Source: a virus
Lineage: Duplodnaviria > Heunggongvirae > Uroviricota > Caudoviricetes
Strand: one strand, 5' to 3'
DNA length: 60,892 nucleotides
Virus record (IMG/VR): IMGVR_UViG_3300045988_133230
In this document: positions 38,235 through 53,448 of the stretch, one piece after another
How positions within the stretch are numbered: position 1 is the first letter of the stretch
Layout: each line of letters opens with the position of its first letter
Position numbers and translations under genes: made by a program
Notes under the pieces: model-generated
The model's input: the letters and a program-made list of their open reading frames with translations, nothing else
The model's database searches: none
Told to the model about the DNA's origin: nothing

Positions 38235-39761
38235 ATGAAAAAAGCCATAGCATATATGCGATTTTCATCACCAGGTCAGATGTCTGGTGATTCATTAAAC
38301 CGCCAGAGAAGGCTTATTACTGAATGGCTAAAGGTAAATAGTGATTATTACCTTGATACCGTAACGTATGAAGATTTGGGGTTAAGCGCATTCAATGGAA
38401 AGCATGCACAATCAGGAGCTTTTTCGGAATTTTTAGATGCTATAGAACATGGTTACATATTGCCAGGGACTACATTGTTAGTTGAAAGTCTGGACAGACT
38501 TTCAAGAGAAAAAGTCGGTGAAGCGATTGAGCGTCTGAAATTGATTTTGAATCACGGTATTGATGTTATAACTCTTTGCGATAATACAGTCTATAATATA
38601 GACTCATTGAATGAGCCATATTCATTAATAAAAGCCATACTTATAGCACAAAGGGCAAATGAAGAAAGCGAGATAAAGTCAAGTCGGGTTAAATTATCAT
38701 GGAAGAAAAAACGGCAGGATGCACTGGAATCAGGCACGATTATGACGGCGTCTTGTCCGAGATGGCTCTCATTGGATGACAAAAGAACAGCTTTTATTCC
38801 AGACCCCGACAGGGTGAAAACGATTGAGCTAATTTTTAAACTCAGGATGGAAAGGCGATCATTGAATGCAATAGCTAAGTATTTAAATGATCATGCTGTA
38901 AAAAATTTTTCAGGAAAAGAAAGTGCATGGGGGCCTTCTGTAATTGAAAAATTATTAGCGAATAAAGCTCTGATAGGTATATGCGTACCTTCATATCGTG
39001 CAAGAGGGAAAGGGATAAGTGAAATCGCTGGCTATTATCCCAGAGTCATATCAGATGATTTGTTTTACGCTGTACAGGAAATTCGGTTGGCACCTTTTGG
39101 TATTAGCAATAGTAGCAAGAATCCTATGCTAATAAATCTACTTCGAACAGTTATGAAGTGTGAGGCTTGTGGTAATACCATGATTGTTCATGCGGTATCT
39201 GGACGTTTGCATGGCTATTATGTTTGTCCGATGAGAAGATTACATCGATGTGACAGGCCATCAATAAAAAGAGATTTGGTTGATTATAATATCATTAATG
39301 AATTGCTTTTTAATTGTAGCAAAATTCAACCAGTTGAAAACAAGAAAGATGCTAATGAAACTTTAGAGTTAAAAATTATTGAGCTTCAGATGAAAATTAA
39401 TAATTTAATCGTTGCATTGTCTGTCGCGCCTGAAGTTACCGCTATAGCAGAGAAAATAAGACTATTAGATAAGGAATTACGAAGGGCTTCGGTATCATTA
39501 AAAACTTTGAAGAGTAAAGGGGTGAGTTCACTTGGTGATTTTCATGCTATTGATTTAACTAGTAAAAATGGGCGAGAGCTATGTCGTACACTTGCCTATA
39601 AAATATTCGAAAAAATTATAATTAATACAGATAATAAAACCTGTGATATCTATTTTATGAATGGCATTGTTTTTAAACACTATCCTTTAATGAAAGTAAT
39701 ATCCGCCCAGCAGGCGATAAGCACTCTTAAATATATGGTTGATGGTGAGATTTATTTTTGA
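38235..39761 (+). CDS. ybcK: large serine recombinase (YbcK-like)
   Basis: Resolvase N-terminal catalytic region (YMRFSSPGQ...SLDRLSR), Cys-rich zinc ribbon; AT-rich. Confidence 0.75.
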   Translation: MKKAIAYMRFSSPGQMSGDSLNRQRRLITEWLKVNSDYYLDTVTYEDLGLSAFNGKHAQSGAFSEFLDAIEHGYILPGTTLLVESLDRLSREKVGEAIERLKLILNHGIDVITLCDNTVYNIDSLNEPYSLIKAILIAQRANEESEIKSSRVKLSWKKKRQDALESGTIMTASCPRWLSLDDKRTAFIPDPDRVKTIELIFKLRMERRSLNAIAKYLNDHAVKNFSGKESAWGPSVIEKLLANKALIGICVPSYRARGKGISEIAGYYPRVISDDLFYAVQEIRLAPFGISNSSKNPMLINLLRTVMKCEACGNTMIVHAVSGRLHGYYVCPMRRLHRCDRPSIKRDLVDYNIINELLFNCSKIQPVENKKDANETLELKIIELQMKINNLIVALSVAPEVTAIAEKIRLLDKELRRASVSLKTLKSKGVSSLGDFHAIDLTSKNGRELCRTLAYKIFEKIIINTDNKTCDIYFMNGIVFKHYPLMKVISAQQAISTLKYMVDGEIYF

Positions 39762-40110
39762 GTAATAATCACTTTTTCAACCGTGCTATGGTATGAAAGT
39801 AAAGTAACTACTATGATATTAACTATCTTGAACGAAGCGCCCTGAGCTATAGTTTTACTATAGGCACTGCCACTGGATGTTGGCATTCTCGCTCTAGTAG
39901 CTCAACAATACCCAATCACAAAACAATTCACTGATAACAAACTTTGTGCACGTGCTTAGTTATGGCGAACAGGTGATGTTAACCTCCTGCCAGAATGCCA
40001 CTCCACTTCATTAAGTATCTGAGCACCGAGAGGCTGGTCACGCCCCCATTAAAAATAATTTCTTTTGAATCGAGTGAAATAGGTTAGCCCGCATAAGTGC
40101 GGGCTGCTTT

Positions 40111-41154
40111 TTACAGGTCAGCGTTTGTTTTTTGTTGTTGGGTAGCGGTTTTTATGGGGGTTCCCAGGTTTTTAGTAAACCACTCAACAACTCTGTTTAT
40201 AATAATTGGCTGATACCATGTATTATCACCATGCTCAGCCCCTTCTACCAGAACGTACTCAGCGTTATCGCCGTTCTTCTTCAACATCCTGAATAGTTTG
40301 GCGCTTTGCTCAGGTGAAACCAGAGTGTCTTTGCTACCATGCATAATAAGAAATGGGGGTTTTACTCCTTTCATATGTCCGATTGGACTGGCGTTTAGCG
40401 CTTTTTCTTTTGACGCTGTGATGGGGGCTCCCGCAAAATTTCTGAATGCAGGGCCATTGATCATTAAGGCTTCGGTTACGGCAGGAGAGCGATGAACCTC
40501 CTGCACTGATTCAGGGAACCCCTCGCCAATATTCAACAAGTCAGAAATCCCATAAAGTGTGGCAACTGCCTGAACATCTGAGGATTGCTGAAGAAAGTCA
40601 CCTTTATCAAAGGTTTTGTCACCATTTGTAGTTCCCATCATCTGAGCAAGCCATCCACCGGCAGAGTCACCCAGAACTCCGATTCTTTGAGGATCAATCC
40701 CATAATTGCTGGCATGCTCTCTCAGGTAACGTATTGCAGCTTTTCCATCCTCAACTGGTGCTGGAAATGTATCAGGAATTGTTCTGTATTCTACAGCGGC
40801 CACAACAAAACCAGCTTCTGCCAGAGCCATTCTCATTTCAATAAATTTGTCATGTTCAGAAGACATGAATCCGCCGCCGGGATAATAAATAATGGCTGGT
40901 TTTAAATCATTTGTTCGCGGGACAAGAACTGACATGTGAAGCTGTCTGACAGAACGAGTTCCTTTTATCTGGGAATAAACAACATCACCAATGAGATCGA
41001 CCTGGTTTCTGGTCGGTGAAACACTAATGATATCTGCACCCGGGGTGTAACCAGGAAGATTAGTCTGGACAGGTGTTGCACAACTCCCGACCGACATGGC
41101 CATTGACATACCATACAATAGTGTTGCAGATGATAATATCTTGTTAATTTTCAT
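40111..41154 (-). CDS. alpha/beta-hydrolase esterase/lipase, predicted lipoprotein
   Basis: Signal peptide ending VGSC, oxyanion motif YPGGGF, nucleophile elbow GDSAGG. Confidence 0.7.
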   Translation of the reverse strand: MKINKILSSATLLYGMSMAMSVGSCATPVQTNLPGYTPGADIISVSPTRNQVDLIGDVVYSQIKGTRSVRQLHMSVLVPRTNDLKPAIIYYPGGGFMSSEHDKFIEMRMALAEAGFVVAAVEYRTIPDTFPAPVEDGKAAIRYLREHASNYGIDPQRIGVLGDSAGGWLAQMMGTTNGDKTFDKGDFLQQSSDVQAVATLYGISDLLNIGEGFPESVQEVHRSPAVTEALMINGPAFRNFAGAPITASKEKALNASPIGHMKGVKPPFLIMHGSKDTLVSPEQSAKLFRMLKKNGDNAEYVLVEGAEHGDNTWYQPIIINRVVEWFTKNLGTPIKTATQQQKTNADL

Positions 41155-41601
41155 GTTTTACATGCCTTGACTTATCGGATGAAATTCTCTTACTGAATTT
41201 AACGGCAGTTTAATAGCCGTACAACTCGTGGTAGCCAGGGAAATATCCCAGTCGTGGTTAAGGTTGTACTTGACGGCTATTATTTCAACAATGCTTAAAG
41301 TGAGAGCTTAAGGTTATGCGTATGTTTTACAGTCCGAGTAGATTCTGACCAATAGCTTCTTTGTATAATTCTGTCAGAAATAAATCTTGGCTTGCATGAA
41401 GTTTGAGACCTTATCTTGTTTGATTATGAATAATCAATTCGCCATAATTGTATCACCGGAGCCTGAACAACTCCGGTGACTTCTGCGCTAAACGGGGACG
41501 TTTATGCGCACACACAATCCAAACTCTCTTCTCCCTTCACAGATGCAGAAATGCACCTGCGTTTTTTTGCATCCAGCGTCTGACCTCTGTGGAGGTGAAG
41601 C

Positions 41602-42057
41602 GTGAACCTACCACAAGATGGCATCAAACTGCATCGCGGTAACTTCATCGCTATCGGCCAGCAGATCCAGCCTTATCTGGAGAACGGAAAATGCTTTCGC
41701 ATGGTGCTTAAACCGTGGCGTGAGAAACGCAGTCTTTCCCAGAATGCACTCAGCCACATGTGGTACAGCGAAATCAGTGAATACCTCATCAGCAGGGGGA
41801 AATCGTTCGCTACCGCAGCATGGGTAAAAGATGCTCTCAAACACACATACCTCGGTTATGAAACCAAGGACCTGGTTGATGTCGTAACCGGCGAAATCAC
41901 TACTATCCAGTCGTTACGCCATACCTCCGATCTCGATACCGGAGAGATGTATGTCTTCCTGTGTAAGGTTGAAGCCTGGGCGGTGAATATTGGCTGCCAC
42001 CTGACTATTCCGCAGAGCTGCGAGTTCCAGCTGCTGCGCGACAAGCCGGAGGCGTAA
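41602..42057 (+). CDS. ybcN: YbcN-like nin-region protein
   Basis: 151 aa in nin region upstream of ninE. Confidence 0.6.
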   Translation: MNLPQDGIKLHRGNFIAIGQQIQPYLENGKCFRMVLKPWREKRSLSQNALSHMWYSEISEYLISRGKSFATAAWVKDALKHTYLGYETKDLVDVVTGEITTIQSLRHTSDLDTGEMYVFLCKVEAWAVNIGCHLTIPQSCEFQLLRDKPEA

Positions 42058-42228
42058 TGGCTACACCGCTTATTCGTGTCATGAACGGACACATCTACAG
42101 AGTACCAAATCGTCGTAAGCGTAAGCCTGAGCTGAAACCATCCGAAATACCAACACTGCTCGGATATACCGCCAGCCTGGTTGATAAAAAATGGTTGCGA
42201 CTGGCAGCAAGGAGGAATCATGGCTGAT
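42058..42228 (+). CDS. ninE: NinE
   Basis: 56-aa [27 protein letters not shown]... found by me (below ORF-track size cutoff). Confidence 0.6.
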
Positions 42229-42510
42229 TTGAGAAAAGCAGCACGTGGTCGGGAATGCCAGGTAAGAATCCCTGGCGTATGTAATGGCAATCCTGAAACG
42301 TCAGTACTGGCACATATCCGGCTGGCTGGATTGTGCGGCACCGGTATTAAACCGCCAGACCTTATTGCCACCATTGCATGTTCTGACTGTCACGACGAGA
42401 TCGACCGTCGCACGCATTTTGTTGACGCTGGATATGCAAAAGAATGCGCGCTGGAAGGTATGGCGAGAACGCAGGTTATCTGGCTGAAAGAGGGGGTAAT
42501 TAAGGCGTGA
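42220..42510 (+). CDS. ybcO: YbcO-like Cys-rich nin-region protein
   Basis: 96 aa from ATG 42220; Cys/His cluster. Confidence 0.65.
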   Translation: MADLRKAARGRECQVRIPGVCNGNPETSVLAHIRLAGLCGTGIKPPDLIATIACSDCHDEIDRRTHFVDAGYAKECALEGMARTQVIWLKEGVIKA

Positions 42511-42869
42511 ATACTTACCATATCACACTACCCTGGCCGCCGAGCAATAATCGCTATTACCGCCATAATCGTGGGCGCACGCACGTCAGCGCAGAGGGGC
42601 AAGCATACCGCGATAATGTCGCCCGAATCATTAAAAACGCAATGCTGGATATCGGCCTGGCTATTCCTGTGAAAATCAGCATTGAGTGCCACATGCCGGA
42701 TCGCCGTCGCCGTGACCTTGATAATCTGCAAAAGGCCGCTTTTGACGCACTCACCAAAGCAGGTTTCTGGCTGGATGATGCTCAGGTCGTTGATTACCGC
42801 GTTGTGAAGATGCCCGTTACCAAAGGTGGGAAGCTGGAGCTGACCATCACCGAAATGGGGAATGAATGA
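42507..42869 (+). CDS. rusA: Holliday junction resolvase RusA
   Basis: 120 aa [18 protein letters not shown]... Confidence 0.9.
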   Translation: MNTYHITLPWPPSNNRYYRHNRGRTHVSAEGQAYRDNVARIIKNAMLDIGLAIPVKISIECHMPDRRRRDLDNLQKAAFDALTKAGFWLDDAQVVDYRVVKMPVTKGGKLELTITEMGNE

Positions 42870-43006
42870 TATTTGAGTTTTATATGGCAGAACGTCTTCG
42901 CCACCGCTGGATGCGCCTGCGCTTATATCGTTTTCCTGGTTCTGTTTTGGCCGATTACCGGATACTGAAGAATTACGCCAAAACACTGAAAGGAGCATGT
43001 GTATGA
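42866..43006 (+). CDS. ylcG: YlcG-like small protein
   Basis: 46-aa ORF overlapping rusA stop (ATGA). Confidence 0.45.
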   Translation: MIFEFYMAERLRHRWMRLRLYRFPGSVLADYRILKNYAKTLKGACV

Positions 43007-43091
43007 AGTCAGAGATAACAATCGACTAATACTGTTTTGTTGATTTTTGCTTGTAATTGGCGTTCTGGCCTAATTTTTGTGGAGTAAGTTG

Positions 43092-43475
43092 ATGCGTGAT
43101 GTTCAGATGGTTCTTGAGCGTTGGGGGGCGTGGGCAGCTAATAATCATGAAGATGTGACCTGGTCGTCCATTGCTGCCGGTTTTAAGGGATTAATTCCTT
43201 CAAAAGTAAAATCTCGCCCGCAATGTTGTGACGATGACGCGATGATCATTTGCGGGTGCATGGCCCGTCTGAAAAAGAACAACAGCGATTTACACGATTT
43301 ATTAGTAGATTATTATGTATGTGGTATGACATTCATGTCACTGGCAAGTAAGCATTGCTGCTCGGATGGTTATATCGGGAAAAGGTTACAGAAGGCTGAG
43401 GGCATAATTGAAGGGATGTTAATGGCATTAGATATCCGGTTAGATATGGATATCGTTGCTAATAATTCTAATTGA
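43092..43475 (+). CDS. Q: late antiterminator Q (QuuD-like)
   Basis: 127 aa from ATG 43092 with GGAG RBS; Cys-rich zinc-binding region. Confidence 0.85.
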   Translation: MRDVQMVLERWGAWAANNHEDVTWSSIAAGFKGLIPSKVKSRPQCCDDDAMIICGCMARLKKNNSDLHDLLVDYYVCGMTFMSLASKHCCSDGYIGKRLQKAEGIIEGMLMALDIRLDMDIVANNSN

Positions 43476-43612
43476 TATGCAATTGTTTACTAAAAGTTAT
43501 TAAAAATGGGGCGTGGAAACGCCCCCAAAATAAAGGGTAATATATAACAGAAGGTTTATATAGTAAGAAGCAAGGTAGTGCTTCTAAAGGAAGTGGCTTG
43601 AGGGCTCCACTT

Positions 43613-43655
43613 ATATGTTGCGGAGGCAAAGCCTCCCGCAACATATCTTTTTCGT
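43613..43655 (+). terminator. intrinsic terminator downstream of Q
   Basis: TGTTGCGGAGGC-AAA-GCCTCCCGCAACA hairpin followed by TATCTTTTTCG. Confidence 0.6.
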
Positions 43656-43663
43656 AAGTCAGA

Positions 43664-44746
43664 TTAGAACTGATAAACCAGACCTACAGCGACGATGTCG
43701 TCGGTATCAATACCAGCTGTTTTGGTAAACTTACTATCGTCAATTAAGTTGATTTTGTAATCAACAAAAGTGGACATGTTTTTATTAAAGTAGTAAGTAG
43801 CACCGACATCGACATACTTGACTAAGTCTCGGTCACCATGAACACCAAGGTCTTTACCTTTTGACTGAAGGTAAGCAACAGATGGGCGCAGACCGAAGTC
43901 AAACTGATATTGTGCTACTGCTTCAAAGTTTTGTGCTTTGTTTGCAATATGGTTATTACCAAAAACGGTCATATTCTGAGTTTCAGAATATGTGGTAGCC
44001 AGATAGATATTGTTCGCATCATATTTCAGGCCTGCAGCCCATACTTCCGCATTTTTGCCGGAGGCATTGAATTTGCTCTTACCATAGGCGACCTGACCGT
44101 CAGTGCGATCTGATTTAGCATAGGTTGCACCCACGCCGAATCCTTCATACTCATAAGTAGTGGAGAAACCGAAACCATCACCATTGGCTTCAGTTACGTC
44201 AGTGCGGTCATTTTTACCCTGATACTGAGCAGCAAAGTTCAGGCCATCGACCAGACCAAAGAAGTCGTTGTTACGATAAGTTGCAACACCAGTAGTGCGA
44301 CCAGTCATGAACACATCTGTTTGGGTCCAGGTATCACCACCGAATTCTGGCAGAACGTCAGTCCACGCACCGATGTCGTATGCTACACCGTAGTTACGGC
44401 CGTAATCGATTGAGCCGTAATCACCAAATTTCAGGCCTGCAAATGCAAGACGGGTTTTGTCTTTGGAAGAACCTTGAGATTCAGCACGGTTGCCTTTGAA
44501 TTCATATTCCCACTGACCGAAACCAGTCAGTTGATCGTTGATTTGGGTTTCACCTTTGAAGCCAAGACGGGCATAAGTAGTATCACCATCATCTGCATCA
44601 TTAGAGGAGAAGTAGTGCTTGGCATTAACTTTCCCGTATAGATCCAGCTTGTTACTGTCTTTATTATAAATTTCAGCTGCCTGAGCAGACATCGCCATCA
44701 GTACTGATGCAGCTACAGCAGAAATTGCCACTGTTAATTTTTTCAT
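43664..44746 (-). CDS. outer-membrane porin (OmpC/NmpC/Lc family)
   Basis: Signal peptide [23 protein letters not shown], beta-barrel porin sequence ending ...GLVYQF; start at ATG 44746. Confidence 0.85.
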   Translation of the reverse strand: MKKLTVAISAVAASVLMAMSAQAAEIYNKDSNKLDLYGKVNAKHYFSSNDADDGDTTYARLGFKGETQINDQLTGFGQWEYEFKGNRAESQGSSKDKTRLAFAGLKFGDYGSIDYGRNYGVAYDIGAWTDVLPEFGGDTWTQTDVFMTGRTTGVATYRNNDFFGLVDGLNFAAQYQGKNDRTDVTEANGDGFGFSTTYEYEGFGVGATYAKSDRTDGQVAYGKSKFNASGKNAEVWAAGLKYDANNIYLATTYSETQNMTVFGNNHIANKAQNFEAVAQYQFDFGLRPSVAYLQSKGKDLGVHGDRDLVKYVDVGATYYFNKNMSTFVDYKINLIDDSKFTKTAGIDTDDIVAVGLVYQF

Positions 44747-45117
44747 TGTACGCCCTTTTTTTGAACTATTATTAAAAAATGATGTCACTGCGCGATAAAT
44801 ATTCATCTAATCAATGTGATTATTTCAAGATGTAAGTTTTAGTTTCTCATTTAATTTGTGAAGTAGATCTCTATTTTTATCTGAACCTTTTCTATCTAAT
44901 CCTATTCATGGCTCTTGTTTGAACGAAAATAAATCTATTAGCTAATTTATATTAATGGCACTTATTTATAAGCGCTCTATAATTCTTTAGCTTAATTTAA
45001 ACAAACTAAAAATAACATCGGAAATTATTCATTGGTTATTTGTTGAAGTTTTCTTATGTATTTGTGGTGGTGTTTTGAACACTCGGTGGCATTCTCACAA
45101 ATATCATTTAGTAGTTT

Positions 45118-45206
45118 ACGTACGTAAAAAATTGGTTATGCTGTTAAGAGTGGTTACTTCGTCACACAGCTTAAACCCGCCGTCGAGCGGGTTTTTCCAT
45201 TTTTTG
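45118..45206 (+). promoter_or_regulatory. late-operon leader (pR'/qut-like) with tR' hairpin 45173-45206
   Basis: Near-identical to 1996-2076; hairpin followed by T-run. Confidence 0.65.
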
Positions 45207-45334
45207 AGTCTCGATATTAGCTGATAACCCAATACCTGAGTTATTCACTGACTCCGAATCTGTTACGTTTCTGCCTTTATTGCGATACGTAGTATCCCCT
45301 TAATTTACACCCGCTTTGTCTGCGAGGTGGGGTT

Positions 45335-45550
45335 ATGAAATCCATGGATAAGTTAACAACGGGTGTCGCCTATGGTACCTCAGCAGGTAGTGCCGGGTAC
45401 TGGTTTTTACAGTTGCTCGATAAAGTCACGCCCTCACAGTGGGCGGCAATAGGTGTGCTGGGTAGTCTGGTATTTGGCTTGCTGACGTATCTGACAAACC
45501 TTTATTTCAAGATTAAAGAAGATAAGCGTAAGGCTGCGAGAGGTGAATAA
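45335..45550 (+). CDS. pinholin (phage 21 S-type) with dual start
   Basis: 71 aa [26 protein letters not shown]...; Met1 and Met4 starts. Confidence 0.85.
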
Positions 45551-46047
45551 TGTCGCCATCATTACGCAAGGCTATTGCTGCTGCTATTGGTGGTGGGGCT
45601 GTTGCCATAGCGTCTGTGCTCATCACTGGTCCGAGTGGTGACGATGGCCTGGAAGGTGTCAGCTACATACCATACAAAGATATCGTTGGCGTATGGACTG
45701 TATGTCACGGACACACCGGAAAAGACATCATGCTCGGTAAAACGTATACCGAAGCAGAATGCAAAGCCCTCCTGAATAAAGACCTTGCCACTGTCGCCAG
45801 ACAAATTAACCCGTACATCAAAGTCGATATACCGGAAACAACGCGCGGCGCTCTTTACTCGTTCGTTTACAACGTGGGCGCTGGCAATTTCAGAACATCG
45901 ACGCTTCTTCGCAAAATAAACCAGGGCGATATCAAAGGCGCATGTGATCAGCTACGGCGCTGGACATACGCTGGCGGTAAGCAATGGAAAGGGCTGATGA
46001 CTCGCCGTGAGATTGAGCGTGAAGTCTGTTTGTGGGGGCAACAATGA
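45550..46047 (+). CDS. SAR endolysin (T4-lysozyme-like muramidase)
   Basis: N-terminal signal-anchor-release segment then lysozyme catalytic region; overlaps pinholin stop. Confidence 0.85.
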   Translation: MSPSLRKAIAAAIGGGAVAIASVLITGPSGDDGLEGVSYIPYKDIVGVWTVCHGHTGKDIMLGKTYTEAECKALLNKDLATVARQINPYIKVDIPETTRGALYSFVYNVGAGNFRTSTLLRKINQGDIKGACDQLRRWTYAGGKQWKGLMTRREIEREVCLWGQQ

Positions 46048-46487
46048 GCAGAGTAACCGCGATTATCTCCGCTCTGGTTATCTGCATCATCGTCTGCCTG
46101 TCATGGGCTGTTAATCATTACCGTGATAACGCCATCGCCTACAAAGAGCAGCGCGACAAAGCCGCATCTACTATCGCTGACATGCAGAAGCGTCAACGTG
46201 ATGTAGCAGAACTCGACGCCAGATACACAAAGGAGCTTGCTGATGCTAACGCGACTATCGAAAGTCTACGTGCTGATGTTTTTGCTGGTCGTAAGTGGCT
46301 GCGCGTCAAAGCAGTCTGTCCGGACATGCATAAAACCACCGCCGCCTCCGGCGTGGATGATGGTGCCAGCCCCAGACTTACTGACACCGCTCAACGGGAT
46401 TATTTCGTTCTCAGAGAGCGCATCGAAACCGTAACTAACCAATTGAATGGTCTGCAAGAGTATGTGAGATCACAGTGTTCATATTAG
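46044..46487 (+). CDS. Rz: i-spanin Rz
   Basis: [30 protein letters not shown]... matches lambda Rz. Confidence 0.85.
   Translation: MSRVTAIISALVICIIVCLSWAVNHYRDNAIAYKEQRDKAASTIADMQKRQRDVAELDARYTKELADANATIESLRADVFAGRKWLRVKAVCPDMHKTTAASGVDDGASPRLTDTAQRDYFVLRERIETVTNQLNGLQEYVRSQCSY
46237..46434 (+). CDS. Rz1: o-spanin Rz1 (embedded in Rz)
   Basis: Lipobox LVVSGC followed by PPPPPAW proline tract, as in lambda Rz1. Confidence 0.75.
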   Translation: MLMLTRLSKVYVLMFLLVVSGCASKQSVRTCIKPPPPPAWMMVPAPDLLTPLNGIISFSESASKP

Positions 46488-46525
46488 AAAAGTCTTATCA
46501 TAAGATTTTTGTATATGGATGCATT

Positions 46526-46900
46526 ATGTCTCAATACGCTCAAGCCGCTTTAAATGCTTATCAATTGGTTGCTCATAACTCAATGTCTCCTCGTGATGCA
46601 TGGGAGGCTGCTGTCGCTGAGGTTACAGAAAGCGAATCGGCAAGAAAGAAGGGATGCCCAAGGGCAACGTTTCTCGCTCTGGCGGATAGCGGTTATCTGA
46701 AGAATGTAAAACAACATCATGGGGAGAAAAAGATCGGTAAGTTGTACCAAAGGGCAATTGAAGTTGCGAATCTGATTCTTGATTTACCCGGAATTAGCAA
46801 AGCTGAGCTAGTTGATAAAACTTGCTATAAAGACAGGCAAGGATCTTATGACATTGCTCTAACTCTCGCTCAGCACGGATTACTCCAGCGTCCTCAATAA
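46526..46900 (+). CDS. hypothetical protein
   Basis: ORF after lysis cassette; start chosen at ATG 46526. Confidence 0.45.
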   Translation: MSQYAQAALNAYQLVAHNSMSPRDAWEAAVAEVTESESARKKGCPRATFLALADSGYLKNVKQHHGEKKIGKLYQRAIEVANLILDLPGISKAELVDKTCYKDRQGSYDIALTLAQHGLLQRPQ

Positions 46901-46998
46901 GATATTAAGTGATTTATGGCCTCGCTTTTAGCGGGGCTTTTTCATATCTGAATCTCACCATGCATATCATCACCTGACTGGAACGTCAGGAGAATTCG

Positions 46999-47250
46999 TT
47001 ACCGGGATTCGATAAAGGTATTCAAGCCTGACACATTATGCGCTGTATCGTCGCCGTATTCCTGCATTAACCATGACCGTAGCCCGACGGGGAATTCCTT
47101 CTGCGCGAGTGTGCGGGAATAATCAAAAACGATGCACACCGGGTTTTTACCGCGTTTATTATTCGCGGGTTTGTCCCTCATGCTCGCCAGTCCTGTGCGG
47201 GGGTGGAAGAAACAGGACGTGTATTCAGGTCTGTCAGATATTGAATTCAT
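46999..47250 (-). CDS. hypothetical protein
   Basis: 83-aa ORF between lysis genes and cos. Confidence 0.35.
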   Translation of the reverse strand: MNSISDRPEYTSCFFHPRTGLASMRDKPANNKRGKNPVCIVFDYSRTLAQKEFPVGLRSWLMQEYGDDTAHNVSGLNTFIESR

Positions 47251-47269
47251 TGCGAATAAACCAGAACGC

Positions 47270-47490
47270 CTGCGGGTCCTTTCCGGCGATCCGACAGGTT
47301 ACGGGGCGGCGACCTCGCGGGTTTTCGCTATTTATGAAAATTTTCCGGTTTAAGGCGTTTCCGTTCTTCTTCGCCGTAACTTAATGTTTTTATTTAAAAC
47401 ACTCCCTGAAAAGAAAGGAAACGACAGGTGCTGAAAACGGGCTTTTTGGCCTCTGTCGTTTCCTTTCTCTGTTTTTGTCCGTGGAATGAA
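47270..47490. other. cos site (cosN 47304-47315 GGGCGGCGACCT, plus cosB region)
   Basis: Sequence ...GTTACGGGGCGGCGACCTCGCGGGTTTTCGCTATTTATGAAAATTTTCCGG matches lambda cos as recalled; directly upstream of Nu1. Confidence 0.85.
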
Positions 47491-47492
47491 CA

Positions 47493-48012
47493 ATGGAAGT
47501 CAACAAAAAGCAGCTGGCTGACATTTTCGGCGCGAGTATCCGTACTATTCAGAACTGGCAGGAGCAGGGAATGCCCGTTCTGCGAGGCGGTGGGAAGGGT
47601 AATGAGGTGCTTTATGACTCTGCCGACGTCATAAAATGGTATGCCGAAAGGGATGCTGAAATTGAGAACGAAAAGCTGCGCCGGGAGGTTGAAGAACTGC
47701 GACAGGCCAGCGAGACAGATCTCCAGCCAGGGACTATTGAGTACGAACGCCATCGACTTACGCGTGCGCAGGCCGACGCACAGGAGCTGAAAAATGCCAG
47801 AGACTCCGCTGAAGTGGTGGAAACCGCATTCTGTACTTTCGTGCTGTCGCGGATCGCAGGTGAAATTGCCAGTATTCTCGACGGGATCCCCCTGTCGGTG
47901 CAGCGGCGTTTTCCGGAACTGGAAAACCGACATGTTGATTTCCTGAAACGGGATATCATCAAAGCCATGAACAAAGCAGCCGCGCTGGATGAACTGATAC
48001 CGGGGTTGCTGA

Positions 48013-48038
<26 letters not shown>
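47493..48038 (+). CDS. nu1: terminase small subunit Nu1
   Basis: MEVNKKQLADIFGASIRTIQNWQEQGMPV... matches lambda Nu1. Confidence 0.95.
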
Positions 48039-51719
<3,681 letters not shown>

Positions 51720-51739
<20 letters not shown>

Positions 51740-53051
51740 TCTCCCGCATATTGCCAGCATGGCCTTTAATGAGCCGCTGATGCTTGAACCCGCCTATGCG
51801 CGGGTTTTCTTTTGTGCGCTTGCAGGCCAGCTTGGGATCAGCCGCCTGACGGATGCGGTGTCCGGCGACAGCCTGACTGCCCAGGAGGCACTCGCGACGC
51901 TGGCATTATCCGGTGATGATGACGGACCACGACAGGCCCGCAGTTATCAGGTCATGAACGGCATCGCCGTGCTGCCGGTGTCCGGCACGCTGGTCAGCCG
52001 GACGCGGGCGCTGCAGCCGTACTCGGGGATGACCGGTTACAACGGCATTATCGCCCGTCTGCAACAGGCTGCCAGCGACCCGATGGTGGACGGCATTCTG
52101 CTCGATATGGACACGCCAGGCGGAATGGTGGCGGGAGCATTTGACTGCGCTGACATCATCGCCCGTGTGCGTGACATAAAGCCGGTATGGGCGCTGGCCA
52201 ACGACATGAACTGCAGTGCAGGTCAACTGCTTGCCAGCGCCGCCTCCCGACGTCTGGTCACGCAGACCGCCCGGACAGGCTCCATCGGCGTCATGATGGC
52301 TCACAGTAATTACGGCACTGCGCTGGAGAAACAGGGCGTGGAAATCACGCTGATTTACAGCGGCAGCCATAAGGTGGATGGCAACCCCTACAGCCATCTA
52401 CCGGATGATGTCCGGGAAACACTGCAGTCCCGGATGGATGCAACCCGCCGGATGTTTGCGCAGAAGGTGTCGGCATATACCGGCCTGTCCGTGCAGGCTG
52501 TGCTGGATACCGAGGCAGCAGTGTACAGCGGTCAGGAGGCCATTGATGCCGGACTGGCTGATGAACTTGTTAACAGCACCGATGCGATCACCGTCATGCG
52601 TGATGCACTGGATGCACGTAAATCCCGTCTCTCAGGAGGGCGAATGACCAAAGAGACCCAATCAACAACTGTTTCAGCCACTGCTTCGCAGGCTGACGTT
52701 ACTGACGTGGTGCCAGCGACGGAGGGCGAAAACGCCAGCGCGGCGCAGCCGGACGTGAACGCGCAGATCACCGCAGCGGTTGCGGCAGAAAACAGCCGCA
52801 TTATGGGGATCCTCAACTGTGAGGAGGCTCACGGACGCGAAGAACAGGCGCGCGTTCTGGCAGAAACCCCCGGAATGACCGTGGAAACGGCCCGCCGCAT
52901 TCTGGCTGCAGCACCACAGAGTGCACAGGCGCGCAGTGACACTGCGCTGGATCGTCTGATGCAGGGTGCACCGGCACCGCTGGCTGCAGGTAACCTGGCA
53001 TCTGATACCAATAAAGAATTACTTAATACACCTGAAGCTTTACCGGTATAA
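51720..53051 (+). CDS. C: capsid assembly protease gpC (with nested scaffold Nu3)
   Basis: TAELRNLPHIASMAFNEPL... matches lambda C; GTG start at 51720 assumed. Confidence 0.85.
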
Positions 53052-53060
53052 GAGGCAGTT

Positions 53061-53393
53061 ATGGCGACAAAAGAAGAGTTTAACCATTACCAGCCGCTGG
53101 GTAACAGTGATCCGGCTCATACAGCAATTGCGCCTGGCGGATTGAGTGCGAAAACGCCTGCAATGACCCCGCTGATGCTGGATGGCACTACCCGTAAGCT
53201 GGTTGTGTGGGATGGCACCACCGACGGTGCAGCCGTTGGCATTCTGGCGGTTGCTGCTGACCAGACCAGCACCACACTGACGTTCTACAAGTCCGGCTCG
53301 TTCCGTTATGAGGATGTGCTCTGGCCGGAGGCTGCCAGCGACGAGACTAAAAAACGGACCGCGTTTGCCGGAACGGCAATCAGCATCGTTTAA
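53061..53393 (+). CDS. D: head decoration protein gpD
   Basis: 110 aa lambda D-like. Confidence 0.95.
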   Translation: MATKEEFNHYQPLGNSDPAHTAIAPGGLSAKTPAMTPLMLDGTTRKLVVWDGTTDGAAVGILAVAADQTSTTLTFYKSGSFRYEDVLWPEAASDETKKRTAFAGTAISIV

Positions 53394-53448
53394 TCTTCCC
53401 CTTCATCAACAAAGGCCGCCTGTGCGGCTTTTTTTATGGAAATAATTT

